Assembly: GCA_044356455.1 (NCBI GenBank)
Contig: JBIKWF010000046.1
Span: 1-30,518 of the forward strand
Direction: 5' to 3'
DNA length: 30,518 nucleotides
Origin: Bdellovibrionota bacterium
Lineage (GTDB): Bacteria > Bdellovibrionota_C > UBA2361 > JBGSMV01
The notes beneath the pieces were generated by a model. The model made no database searches, was not told the origin of the DNA, and worked only from the letters and a program-made list of their open reading frames with translations. A program made the position numbers and the translations under genes. Shown here piece after piece: positions 9,901 to 17,890 of the stretch (position 1 is the first letter of the stretch; each line of letters opens with the position of its first letter).

Positions 9901-10871
9901 ACTCAGCGCCAGGGAACGAATTAGAAACTCGAGTCGCCACGGCTCTCATACTCACGCAGAAGTCCTACAAGCAATTGCTTGTGGCGGGCCGAGAGAGTGG
10001 AAGCGCACCGGGCACGAAGAATGGAGAAGTCACGAGGGCATTTGCAAGAGTTACTCAGCATTATCAACAGAGCTTACCACTCGCTAAGGCAACTTCTATA
10101 CCTGAACGACTTTTAGGACCACTGATTGCAGATTCCCGAGAGCCGCGCTCACGTTATGCTGCGCCGGGCATTTTTAAGCCCCAGGCGACCGATTCAACCA
10201 TCAATGCGAAGCGCTGGATGTTGCATACCCAGAATTGCATGCGAGGGCAGACCGAAAGCGCGCGCGCTCAGCTCGCGGCAATCCCTAACGGTGTCGACTT
10301 CCGGAGTCATCGAAGTTACTCCCCTGGTGACGACGTTCGACACATAGATTGGAACAAATTTGCGAGCCTCGATGAGTTAGTTTTCAAGGAAACGGAAAAT
10401 CACAAATTTAGCAATCCCGTCATCCTGTTAGATGCCCTGTGGCTAGCACATGGATTACGAGCATTCATCGAGCCCGCGAAATCAGCACATACCACCGCCG
10501 ACTTGTTCGGGAATTTCCTGCGTTCGGTATCCCGAGCAACCGGACGAGGAGCGCACGCTATCAAAGTATACGTGGTTAATTCGACCGACGGCGTCATCAC
10601 CTCCTTTGTTGCGCGCTCCGCCAAGGAAATCCCCACAAGGCTTATTCCCGTTGTCGCTGCTCTTGAAGCAGTAGCTGATGCCGAACGTAATGCGAGTCTC
10701 CATCGAGAGATTGATTTTAAAAACCTTGACCTCGTCGCGACAAATGGCATCCGGCTCCTTCCCAATGAGGAGCTATTCGTCGCGTCACTCCCCGCATGGC
10801 AATCAGCAACGATGCGAATCCACAATCCTAAGTTGCGATTCGCTATCCCCTCTTTCTCCAATCGCGGTTAA
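6906..10871 (+). CDS. Large protein (1321 aa) with central transglutaminase-like domain and C-terminal DUF58-like domain
   Basis: DUF58 signature DFRSHRSYSPGDDVRHIDWNKFA near the C-terminus. GSCLHFSLLAIDCARRFG...GHAVALI...PTD resembles the transglutaminase-like Cys-His-Asp core. Confidence 0.75.
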   Translation: MAKHHQRENQTIRAAGIDSIRAALHQLGGDANFQAGNADQAVRATLGARESVFEKGCDLLTLAYLCEGKAPILDDDPALTQAAIAILTARMPDQVEILRHELAKPTEDRAPLERHGAKQAPELAPVGLKAALQAILPNELETSIREEASNAARAAIESVRSELANKPRDDNSAEPALAPRRPLTLDQWGQKNENWSAGSCSRPYEYFRCNFDGKISGTELPFSTVGVLSARVTLDGGLTTIPVEDYLSALMKRTPDIASLRDKLFQTTALPGFNSIPAGATQIAFSVTADSTRRLPLPFGYQIIGIRFRDQNGGEISGGSVVQSCLGGAHVEVPPSVCAIQYLIRPASEQEASRNLELIKELWTVLPRPPAPLTRESLTRDAIINRLFRTPESKIEEALKALSRDSIPLGYSTLPVVAKLHELYSKDSAGFIRGYRVGSCLHFSLLAIDCARRFGETGIVLGGLNVSGDQFQIDIGHAVALIPKMKGWGPFAPTDLTSLARWPRYEWEPKTPMRGVNIDAGAERAGRELRDYCEPDFISHDWEHEHPITRQSVTLYIENALAFQAALESEMPYPQLNRFLREAIFTSGGNAEVSCQEFYKLRDIPLGDAVIERLLLETPSVANVAAVAKLIVDAAKTVTEQKEEISGRNFPFSLKALTTLCALPEFSKIEETLSAPALRVLLALRGTSFEQNNASFSTIIAQNSGSLLKATSSDDALASELATGLVNCLARGQLDSGEERAIIECLKALAEQAPEKIGGGIAQIVFESTTLSEGVASEFRKLLGHSKVKSGFITKLSAQLRDDLPTGQTLETLLPEAFSLEPAATEMTLQLCQHYHRRVRKSAVAFGPEIEGNPAHMLALAHMGRTGAELLSTLRILCKHGGIDAEALKRTWPSLADSDVAATIVAKLEKSESDSLYHNFLDSAGVAISISGLGASGVEWNTTALEELFGPQHPLSDLSRHVAAEIRPWSITNIDSQIWQDFASAYPGEWQKYLNFVRDSAPGNELETRVATALILTQKSYKQLLVAGRESGSAPGTKNGEVTRAFARVTQHYQQSLPLAKATSIPERLLGPLIADSREPRSRYAAPGIFKPQATDSTINAKRWMLHTQNCMRGQTESARAQLAAIPNGVDFRSHRSYSPGDDVRHIDWNKFASLDELVFKETENHKFSNPVILLDALWLAHGLRAFIEPAKSAHTTADLFGNFLRSVSRATGRGAHAIKVYVVNSTDGVITSFVARSAKEIPTRLIPVVAALEAVADAERNASLHREIDFKNLDLVATNGIRLLPNEELFVASLPAWQSATMRIHNPKLRFAIPSFSNRG

Positions 10872-10958
10872 CTTAAGAGTTAAACCTCGATCACGCACGG
10901 CTGAGTTTTCAGGTCAGCGGAGGCTGCAACCCCGGTTAAGCTCGAAGAGTCCTCTATC

Positions 10959-11906
10959 TCAGTCGTCGAGCTTGAGCACCTGCCGAAACACCGCTCCCGC
11001 CACTTGGTAACGATCGTATTGCTCAGACCGAAGTTGCATCAGCTCGTCAGAATTGGCGCACGAGAGAGCCTCGCTCAAAGCTTTCTCTGCTGCCCGCGCA
11101 CTGGGAGAGTGTGGGTCGGCCAGAGCTCTGAGAGGGGCTATGCCAGCCATTTTTAGTCGAAGACTTGCCAACGCGACTTCGAGCCAGGAGGGAACGCTGA
11201 AGTTGAAGTGCACCGAGAATGATTCTTCGCTTGCCTCGGTGGCGTGCCAAACACCTCTTGGCACAAACATAAAATCCCCCGGCTTAAGCTCGACCGGCTT
11301 CGCTTTTGCATAATAGTCGGTAGGCGGAGTGTTATTCCAATAGGTAGAAAGCTCCTCTGGTACATACGGAAGCTCGGAGAGCGAGTAGTGTTCGAGGGGA
11401 TACTCTGCCGTTTCATTCTGAAGTAGAAACCATTTCTTCCTGCCGCGAAGTTGCAGCACGAAATTTAGGTAGGCATCAAAGTGTGGTGAAACGCCGCTTC
11501 CTTTGGCAGATAGATATCCGATCGCTTTGCCAAACGTTCCGGAGGGGACTGTGAGCTCAGAGGTGAGTGTCTCTAAAACCTCGCGCACCCCGGGCACGAA
11601 CATGTCAAGGCAGTCGAATTCAAGCGTAGCGCCCTCGCGGTAGAGCTCGAGGGCGCGTTTGGGTAGCACCGAAACCCGATCTGCGAGGCCCTCTGTTTCG
11701 CGGATGGCAATCGTTCCTAACACCATGATTGGCGAGCGGTACTTCGCGACAAGCGCGGAGACGCTTTGTAAATCGTTGTTTTCGGGCAGTGGAGAGAAGC
11801 GTTCGACTGGACCATGGGTGATGAGGGGCTCCCTCTCCCAATGCTTGTCGCGGAAGGCTTGCACACTAAGATTTCCCAGTAGCTTTTCTAAAACTGTGCG
11901 CGACAT
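10959..11906 (-). CDS. JmjC/cupin Fe(II)/2-oxoglutarate oxygenase (YcfD/ROX-like)
   Basis: HFD...NFVLQLRGRKKW (HxD) and LKPGDFMFVPRGVWH (distal His); FRDKHWEREPL N-terminus. ATG at 11906 with AGGGAG RBS. Confidence 0.9.
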   Translation of the reverse strand: MSRTVLEKLLGNLSVQAFRDKHWEREPLITHGPVERFSPLPENNDLQSVSALVAKYRSPIMVLGTIAIRETEGLADRVSVLPKRALELYREGATLEFDCLDMFVPGVREVLETLTSELTVPSGTFGKAIGYLSAKGSGVSPHFDAYLNFVLQLRGRKKWFLLQNETAEYPLEHYSLSELPYVPEELSTYWNNTPPTDYYAKAKPVELKPGDFMFVPRGVWHATEASEESFSVHFNFSVPSWLEVALASLRLKMAGIAPLRALADPHSPSARAAEKALSEALSCANSDELMQLRSEQYDRYQVAGAVFRQVLKLDD

Positions 11907-11920
11907 AGCGTGCTCCCTAA

Positions 11921-13891
11921 TCAAACAAAAGTAGTGATTTCTGATTCAGTTTCGGTATGCAGATTCTTATCGAGGGAAGAATTCGAAAAAGAGCCAAGGG
12001 TAAAAGCATCCGGCTCACTCTTCTCCGATGCAATGAGGCAATCACGCGCGAAGTCCATAGAGGGGGGCCTCCCCCACTCTCTCAAGCGCGAACTCTGGTC
12101 GAGATTGCCCATGTTCACCAGGCGTATCAGGGCAAAGCTTGAGGCAGGGTCAGAGTCAATCCCCGCCATCAGAGAATTGAGAGACTCCAAATTGACGAAG
12201 TCCCGACCACTCGAGCCAATTGGAAATGCGCGCTCAAGGAGTGCATGCGAATCCATGCGAAGTAGATTCGCCATCATGCGTTCGGTGTAGCGCAGACCTG
12301 GTCCGTAAAAGAAAGGCACCTTTTCACGCGACGTTACTGCGCTTGGCAAGAGAGTTCCCATCGCTGCGCGAAGGATCCGCTTATCCCAGAAGAGTCGAGG
12401 CCGGAGGCTTGGGGGAACACCGAGGCAGAGCTCCACGAGGCGATGATCAAGAAACGGCGTTCGGCCCTCTATGCCAAAGTGGCTGGTCAGGCGATCCTCG
12501 TGCCAGAGATTGAAAACTTCCAAGTCATGCAGCTTGCTCAACTGATAAAACTGCCAAGCGTCCAGCGGCATCGGGCCATGGTCCCGGGGGGAGAGCTCCC
12601 TAATGAGACCTGGAAACTGCTCCCAGGGCGCGAAAGCGCCACCAGCCGCACGGTGCCGGGTGTTCTCGGCGATTGATTCCAGTCCGAGTAGAGCTCCTTC
12701 CCAAGAGTCGTCAAATATCGAGGCGAGCAAGCGGGTATATCCACCATTACATTCATCACTTCCCTGTCCGCTCAGCATTACCCGCAGCGAGGGACGCGCT
12801 GCTTTAGCAGACCGAAGGAGCATGTATTTGAATAGTTGCTCGGGGCCGCAGCTTGGGTTCTCCGTCAGGTGCAGGAGGGCCAGCCATAACTGCGGGTTAA
12901 TCAGCGGGTCAGAGGCGTCGATCCGAACTTGATAGTTCTTTACACCAACTGCGCGTGCAACGTCGCGAGCTCCAACTGCGTCACCGTTAAGCGCAGTGCT
13001 CTGGGTAAGTACGGTGAATGAATCGAAAGAATGCCCACGGCCGCGCCCGATTGCAGCAATTGATGCGGAATCAATACCGCCACTCAGCATCAGCGCGGGC
13101 TCCGAAGAGCTCTCGAACGCCTCGTCGCACGCCGAGCTGAGAATCTCGCGATAGTGCTCGATCCAGGCCTCCTCCTCCGTTTCCTCGGCTGACCGAGGCT
13201 CAGGAATCGCCCAATAGCGTCCAAACGAGAGACTTGTCCCACGCGCGCTTGCCTGAACGTAGCCACCGGGCTGCACGCTCTCGATGCCGCAAAAAAACGA
13301 ACCAGCGGGGCGTGCACTAAAAACTAAGTCCTCGCTAAACCAAGGTTCAGCGAGCGCCGATTCCCAGTCGAATTTCGCCGGGCACCGAGGGCACATCAAG
13401 AGTGCCTTCAGTTCGGAGGCAAAAAAGAGGCTCTCTCCGTCGTAGTGATAAAAAAGCGGCTTGATGCCAAATCGGTCGCGCGCGAGGGTCAGCACGCCTC
13501 TACGCCGGTCCCAAATCGCGCAAGAAAACATCCCTCGCAAGTCAGCAAACGCTTGAGCCCCCTTGTCTTCGAACAGATGCAAAAGCACCTCAGCATCCGA
13601 AGTTCCCTTGAACACATGCGCGCACAGTTCGCGGCGAAGCTCGCGGTGATTATAAATTTCTCCGTTGACTATTGCTACGAGTGCACCATCCTCACTGATC
13701 AAAGGTTGCTGGCCATTGGCGCCGCCTACGATAGACAAACGCTGAAACGCCAGCGAGATTGACTCATCACTGAAATGACTACCAGTGTCAGGCCCGCGGT
13801 GTTGCAGGTGCTGGGCCATTCGCTCGGTTAGCGCATCCCGCTCAGCCCGGACCAGTGCGCCTTTGGTAAAAATGCCCGCTAGTCCGCACAC
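11921..13891 (-). CDS. asnB: Asparagine synthetase B-like glutamine amidotransferase
   Basis: GTG start at 13891 gives MCGLAG (N-terminal nucleophile Cys). Motifs HRGPD, RLSI, NGEIYN, RDRFGIKPLFY, LSGGIDS, SGQGSDE..GGY and RTPFLD. Confidence 0.92.
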   Translation of the reverse strand: MCGLAGIFTKGALVRAERDALTERMAQHLQHRGPDTGSHFSDESISLAFQRLSIVGGANGQQPLISEDGALVAIVNGEIYNHRELRRELCAHVFKGTSDAEVLLHLFEDKGAQAFADLRGMFSCAIWDRRRGVLTLARDRFGIKPLFYHYDGESLFFASELKALLMCPRCPAKFDWESALAEPWFSEDLVFSARPAGSFFCGIESVQPGGYVQASARGTSLSFGRYWAIPEPRSAEETEEEAWIEHYREILSSACDEAFESSSEPALMLSGGIDSASIAAIGRGRGHSFDSFTVLTQSTALNGDAVGARDVARAVGVKNYQVRIDASDPLINPQLWLALLHLTENPSCGPEQLFKYMLLRSAKAARPSLRVMLSGQGSDECNGGYTRLLASIFDDSWEGALLGLESIAENTRHRAAGGAFAPWEQFPGLIRELSPRDHGPMPLDAWQFYQLSKLHDLEVFNLWHEDRLTSHFGIEGRTPFLDHRLVELCLGVPPSLRPRLFWDKRILRAAMGTLLPSAVTSREKVPFFYGPGLRYTERMMANLLRMDSHALLERAFPIGSSGRDFVNLESLNSLMAGIDSDPASSFALIRLVNMGNLDQSSRLREWGRPPSMDFARDCLIASEKSEPDAFTLGSFSNSSLDKNLHTETESEITTFV

Positions 13892-14622
13892 GGAATTTGC
13901 TCCCCGGTTGAGTCCTGTAGCTCCTTGCGCCAGTATGCAATCCATAGCGATTCAACACTTTGTTCTCCGCTCACGAGCGGCAGATCTGTCGGAAGGGAGT
14001 CCAGGCAGTTCACGAGGTCCTCTTCAGCAAAGCTAAATGGCTCTACCGTCATATTGGATAGCCCAGCAGCAGCGGCGTACTCGCGAACGGATTCCATGGA
14101 AAGACTCTCCTCCAGAGCCTCTTTGACGAACCTAAAAAGATGCGGCTCGGTGATGGATTTCGCGAGAAGCTCGCTCATTCTCGAAGCGACGCTCGCGATG
14201 GTATCAAGGAGAATAAGAGTGCCTCCTACTTTCAGAACTCTCCTGCATTCCCGAAGCGCTCGAACGGGATTCTCCCAATGGTGGAAGCAGGAGTACGACA
14301 CGACCAGGTCAAAGGTGCAGTCGGCAAAGGGCAGCGCATGCACGTCAGCCTCGCGCAAACTCCAGCGGCTTTCGGGAACCGAGGACAAGCGCGCGCGACT
14401 AAGTTCCAGCATGGTCTCGTTTATATCCACGCCGCAAATTTTTGCATCGGTGCGGGTAGCAAGCTCGAAGCTTAGATAGCCAGGGCCTGTCCCCAGATCA
14501 AGGATGTTCGATGCGGCCCCCACGTAGGTACGAGAGAGAAAGCTAGCAAGCAGCGCGTACAAGTAGCGCTGATGCCGCTCGACAAACTCCTCGTAGTGGA
14601 AGCAGTCGATTCTGCTTAGCAT
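13879..14622 (-). CDS. Class I SAM-dependent methyltransferase
   Basis: ILDLGTGPG (motif I), GVDIN, ADVHALPFADCTFDLVVS, RVLKVGG. Confidence 0.92.
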   Translation of the reverse strand: MLSRIDCFHYEEFVERHQRYLYALLASFLSRTYVGAASNILDLGTGPGYLSFELATRTDAKICGVDINETMLELSRARLSSVPESRWSLREADVHALPFADCTFDLVVSYSCFHHWENPVRALRECRRVLKVGGTLILLDTIASVASRMSELLAKSITEPHLFRFVKEALEESLSMESVREYAAAAGLSNMTVEPFSFAEEDLVNCLDSLPTDLPLVSGEQSVESLWIAYWRKELQDSTGEQIPCAD

Positions 14623-15104
14623 GGCTTAGCCCCCAAAGAATACTCGAGCTCCAGCTCGTCGCGGAGCGGGATGCCGTAATCGCCACTGCTTGGTATCCCA
14701 GGCTTAAGCAGACGCGATTGCTCAAGAGCATTCCGGTGAAGTGCGCGCAAGGTAAACCCTCGGCGCTGATAAAAACGCAGAGCGTCAACATTGTCGTTAG
14801 TGGTGACAAGCCACACGCGATTGCAGCGCTGACGTTGGGCGATCTCCACTAAGGACGCAAGCAATGCCGTGCCCACACCCTGGTGACGTGAATTGGCATT
14901 GAGGCTCACCACTTCGCACTCGCCATTTGCAATGTGGTAAGTCAGTAAGCCGACAAGGTTCGAATCTGTCTCGGCTACCAGAGCGGGGAGCTCGAGCGCA
15001 TTATGCACAACGCCACGTGACACAATCTGGGGCGTTCCCCAGGATTCCTCAAGGATAGAAGTTGCCGTGGCGCGGTCTCTTTGCTCTATCGGTCTAATAT
15101 TCAT
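14616..15104 (-). CDS. GNAT-family N-acetyltransferase
   Basis: RHQGVGTALL acetyl-CoA motif; TTNDNVDALRFYQRRGF. Confidence 0.92.
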   Translation of the reverse strand: MNIRPIEQRDRATATSILEESWGTPQIVSRGVVHNALELPALVAETDSNLVGLLTYHIANGECEVVSLNANSRHQGVGTALLASLVEIAQRQRCNRVWLVTTNDNVDALRFYQRRGFTLRALHRNALEQSRLLKPGIPSSGDYGIPLRDELELEYSLGAKPC

Positions 15105-15109
15105 AGGCG

Positions 15110-15892
15110 TTATCCTCTTAGTCTTCGTATCAGTGTCCCCCCATCGGGCGTAAGTTCAGCCCCTGTTAGCATCGCAGAGTCATCACTGAGAAAGAAGGCG
15201 ACGCAACGGGCAACATCGAGGGCGGTGGGGACTCGCCCTAAAGGCAAAGAGCCATACATTTCATCACGCACAAGGTCAGGCGAGGCGCCGAGCTGCTCTG
15301 CAAACTTTTCGATTACGACCTCGCCTAAGCGGGTGTTAAGAGTTCCCGGGTTTACGGTATTAACGCGAACCCCCCGGTCGGCAAGCTCGTCGGCGAGCGT
15401 GCGCGAAAGACTTCTTAGACCTGCGTTGGCGACGCCGGCGATGCCAAGTAACGCGGTTGGATCGACGCCTGCTGCCCCCGCAATATTCACTATTGAGCCT
15501 CCGTCGCGCGTGAGATGAGGCAAGACGCACTGAATTAGACTCAGCGTGCTGACCAGCTTTAGATGCAGATAAGACGCGAACTCCTCCAGGTCAGCGCTGT
15601 GCAGGTGCCCAACGCAAGCTTCGCCGGCGTTATTGACGAGGCCATAAATCGGGCCGAAGCGGCTCACTGATTGCGTAACGAAGTTGTTCCGGTCCTCGGC
15701 GCGTGTGATGTCCGCTCTTCTCGCGTGAAGAGAGTCGCTCTGAAGTCCCTCGCGCAGCACTCGGATGTCGCCCTCGGTGCGCGCGCATGTCGAAACCCTT
15801 GCGCCTTGGCTTAGCAGGAGTTCCACGGTCTGCCGACCGACCCCATGAGTTCCACCAGAAACAAGAATATGTGGGCTGTGTGGTATTGGCAT
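15110..15892 (-). CDS. Short-chain dehydrogenase/reductase-fold protein lacking the canonical YxxxK
   Basis: SGGTHGVG, VNNAG, GSIVNI, GVRVNTVNPG and PLGR motifs. AGVANAGL occupies the YxxxK position. ATG at 15892 lies 4 nt after the radical SAM stop. Confidence 0.88.
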   Translation of the reverse strand: MPIPHSPHILVSGGTHGVGRQTVELLLSQGARVSTCARTEGDIRVLREGLQSDSLHARRADITRAEDRNNFVTQSVSRFGPIYGLVNNAGEACVGHLHSADLEEFASYLHLKLVSTLSLIQCVLPHLTRDGGSIVNIAGAAGVDPTALLGIAGVANAGLRSLSRTLADELADRGVRVNTVNPGTLNTRLGEVVIEKFAEQLGASPDLVRDEMYGSLPLGRVPTALDVARCVAFFLSDDSAMLTGAELTPDGGTLIRRLRG

Positions 15893-15896
15893 AGAA

Positions 15897-17072
15897 CTAG
15901 AAGCACTTAGTGTGTGATTGAAGGTTTTCTCCGTAACAGACTTTGAGAAACTCAATAAGCGGGTCTAGCTCCCCGGCCTCAAAGTCCGCGGTCATTTCTC
16001 TATACACTCGTTTCAGATCCTCGCAGTGTCCTACAGGGCCATAGAGGTCTCCGGTATAGAATAGCGCCTGCGAGCGACACCCGCCCTTGCAGATGCCGCG
16101 ATACTCACAAGTTGAGCAGACCGTGAGCTTATCGGGCGTGAAAGAGAGGTGACGGGATTCCCTTTGGCGGCGCAGATAGGTCGCTTCGAAGTCTTCAGTG
16201 AAGACATTCCCAAGTCGAAATTCTGGAATTGAAGTGATAGCCCCACAGTAGTACGCCTCGCCCTTCGCATCGATCTCCCAAGTACGCCCCGACATAGGAG
16301 TGCAATAGGTGGAACATGGATTGCCCAGGCCAGAGAGAGAAATGACCATGCTCTCAATTAAATCGATGCTCATTTCCTCAAAGCGGGTTTTCTCGAAGCG
16401 ATAGAGCTGCGAGAGCACATCCTCGACACCCGCGCGAGTAAGGTCCTGGGTAACACCCGTCCGCTGTCCATAACTCGTCGACACGTGAGTAGTTTGAACC
16501 CCATGAGCGATTCCCCACTCAAGGACGTCCACTACCTTATTGTCGACCACGTTTGTAATCGGAACCGAGAGCGCAACTTTAACCCCGCTTTCCACCATGT
16601 TGTCGATGTTTCCCATGATGCGTGGTAGAAGAGGCAGCCCCCTCACCTTAGCATACGCAACCTCGTCGACCGTATCCATGCTTACCTGGACCGTAACATC
16701 GAGGCTTGCGAGTAGTTTCACGAGTTGGGGAGTACACCCCGTTCCGTTCGTTACCAAGTAGGTCTCGAAGCCGTAGTCCTCCACAGATGCCTTAAGAATC
16801 TCGGGCAGCTCTTTAACTATGGTGGGCTCCCCGCCGCTCACCAACATGACGCGAGTACCTGCGCGTTTAGCCATCTCGAAGATATGAATTATCTGGTCCA
16901 TAGAGAGCCGGTCGTGACTGCCCCGTGTGGCATTCATATAGCAGTAGGAGCAAGTCTGGTTGCAACGGGACGTAATTTGCAGCCACACAGATTTTGGGCC
17001 GCCAGAGCCAGTGAAAAGCCGCTCGTGGGATCTTCCGGCACGGCCGATTGAGACAATTTCAGCGCACGTCAT
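15897..17072 (-). CDS. Radical SAM enzyme with SPASM domain (peptide maturase type)
   Basis: CNQTCSYC (CxxxCxxC), SGGEP, VTNGT, VSMD; C-terminal C...YYC...LGNV...CSTCEYRGICKGGC...C SPASM cysteines. Confidence 0.93.
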   Translation of the reverse strand: MTCAEIVSIGRAGRSHERLFTGSGGPKSVWLQITSRCNQTCSYCYMNATRGSHDRLSMDQIIHIFEMAKRAGTRVMLVSGGEPTIVKELPEILKASVEDYGFETYLVTNGTGCTPQLVKLLASLDVTVQVSMDTVDEVAYAKVRGLPLLPRIMGNIDNMVESGVKVALSVPITNVVDNKVVDVLEWGIAHGVQTTHVSTSYGQRTGVTQDLTRAGVEDVLSQLYRFEKTRFEEMSIDLIESMVISLSGLGNPCSTYCTPMSGRTWEIDAKGEAYYCGAITSIPEFRLGNVFTEDFEATYLRRQRESRHLSFTPDKLTVCSTCEYRGICKGGCRSQALFYTGDLYGPVGHCEDLKRVYREMTADFEAGELDPLIEFLKVCYGENLQSHTKCF

Positions 17073-17091
17073 GTGAATTCCTCTCTGACTG

Positions 17092-17553
17092 TTAAGGCTG
17101 TAACAACGAAATCTGCGCCCGCTCGATGCCCTCTACATGCTCAATGCGCGCCATGAAGCCGCAGGCGCGCGCATGGGCCTCCGCCAAGGCTTTGGCGTAA
17201 GCAGCGAACTCTTCTAGGCTGATATCGAAATAAAAGAATACCTCCGGTAACTCTTCTGAAAACCACATCTTAGACTCAACGACCGCGGTTTCGCCGTGCC
17301 ACTTAACAGAAATTTCGTCGTAGATGAGCCCGCGGCCGCGCACGAACTCTTCAACAAACTGGATAAGCGGCTCAGCGTTGTCGGCAGCCCGTTCAGAGTA
17401 GTAGCCATGGCCTTCGAGCAGCTCGATCTGCCAATCCGCTAGGTCGTGGAGGCCCGAGTCGAGTGCTCGATTCCGCGCGATGACTACCGCCAGATGCCCG
17501 AGCATCCCGAGAGCCTGGTCCCTACTCCAGTGGGTGGTCCGTTGCTCGCTCAT
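17092..17553 (-). CDS. Hypothetical protein (153 aa) within the RiPP operon
   Basis: Start overlaps the RRE stop (TAATG); ends 19 nt before the radical SAM start; no family recognised. Confidence 0.85.
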   Translation of the reverse strand: MSEQRTTHWSRDQALGMLGHLAVVIARNRALDSGLHDLADWQIELLEGHGYYSERAADNAEPLIQFVEEFVRGRGLIYDEISVKWHGETAVVESKMWFSEELPEVFFYFDISLEEFAAYAKALAEAHARACGFMARIEHVEGIERAQISLLQP

Positions 17554-17828
17554 TAGTGTTGCTCAACGCGGGTAATGATGCGCTCTTTCTCCAGCTCGCG
17601 CGCAAGTTCCAGGCAGTCAGCGAGGCATGCCTCAGGAGTGGTGTCATAACTCGCGGCAACCTTTGCCGCGCCAGCGCGCACCGTGGTTTTCCCGTCGAGG
17701 GTTTGAAAAAAACTCGCCGCAGATTCATTCAACGCGAGTCCGGGCTCGATAACGATACCTTTTAGGTACTGGCGAAAAGGTCGCTCTGGATTGTGTTGGA
17801 AGATGAGCTCGGCTTCGTCTTGCGTCAT
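17553..17828 (-). CDS. Stand-alone PqqD-family RiPP recognition element (RRE), 91 aa
   Basis: ATG at 17828 with AAGGAG RBS. LNESAASFFQTLDGKTTV...AASYD...LADCLELARELEKERII fits the PqqD pattern. Confidence 0.88.
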   Translation of the reverse strand: MTQDEAELIFQHNPERPFRQYLKGIVIEPGLALNESAASFFQTLDGKTTVRAGAAKVAASYDTTPEACLADCLELARELEKERIITRVEQH

Positions 17829-17840
17829 GGGAAACTCCTT

Positions 17841-17875
17841 AAATAAAAGCCCCAAAGGCAAAATGCCCAAGGGGC
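17841..17875 (-). terminator. Hairpin plus U-rich tract between precursor and RRE (leaky terminator or mRNA stabiliser)
   Basis: Minus strand GCCCCTTGGGCA-TTT-TGCCTTTGGGGC followed by TTTTATTT. Confidence 0.6.
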
Positions 17876-17890
17876 AAACCTATTTAAAAC

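Noticed and set aside
15897..17828. PQQ (pqqDE) or mycofactocin operon
   Set aside because: No pqqB/pqqC or mftD/mftE genes. The precursor lacks the ExxxY (PqqA) and IDGxCGVY (MftA) motifs.
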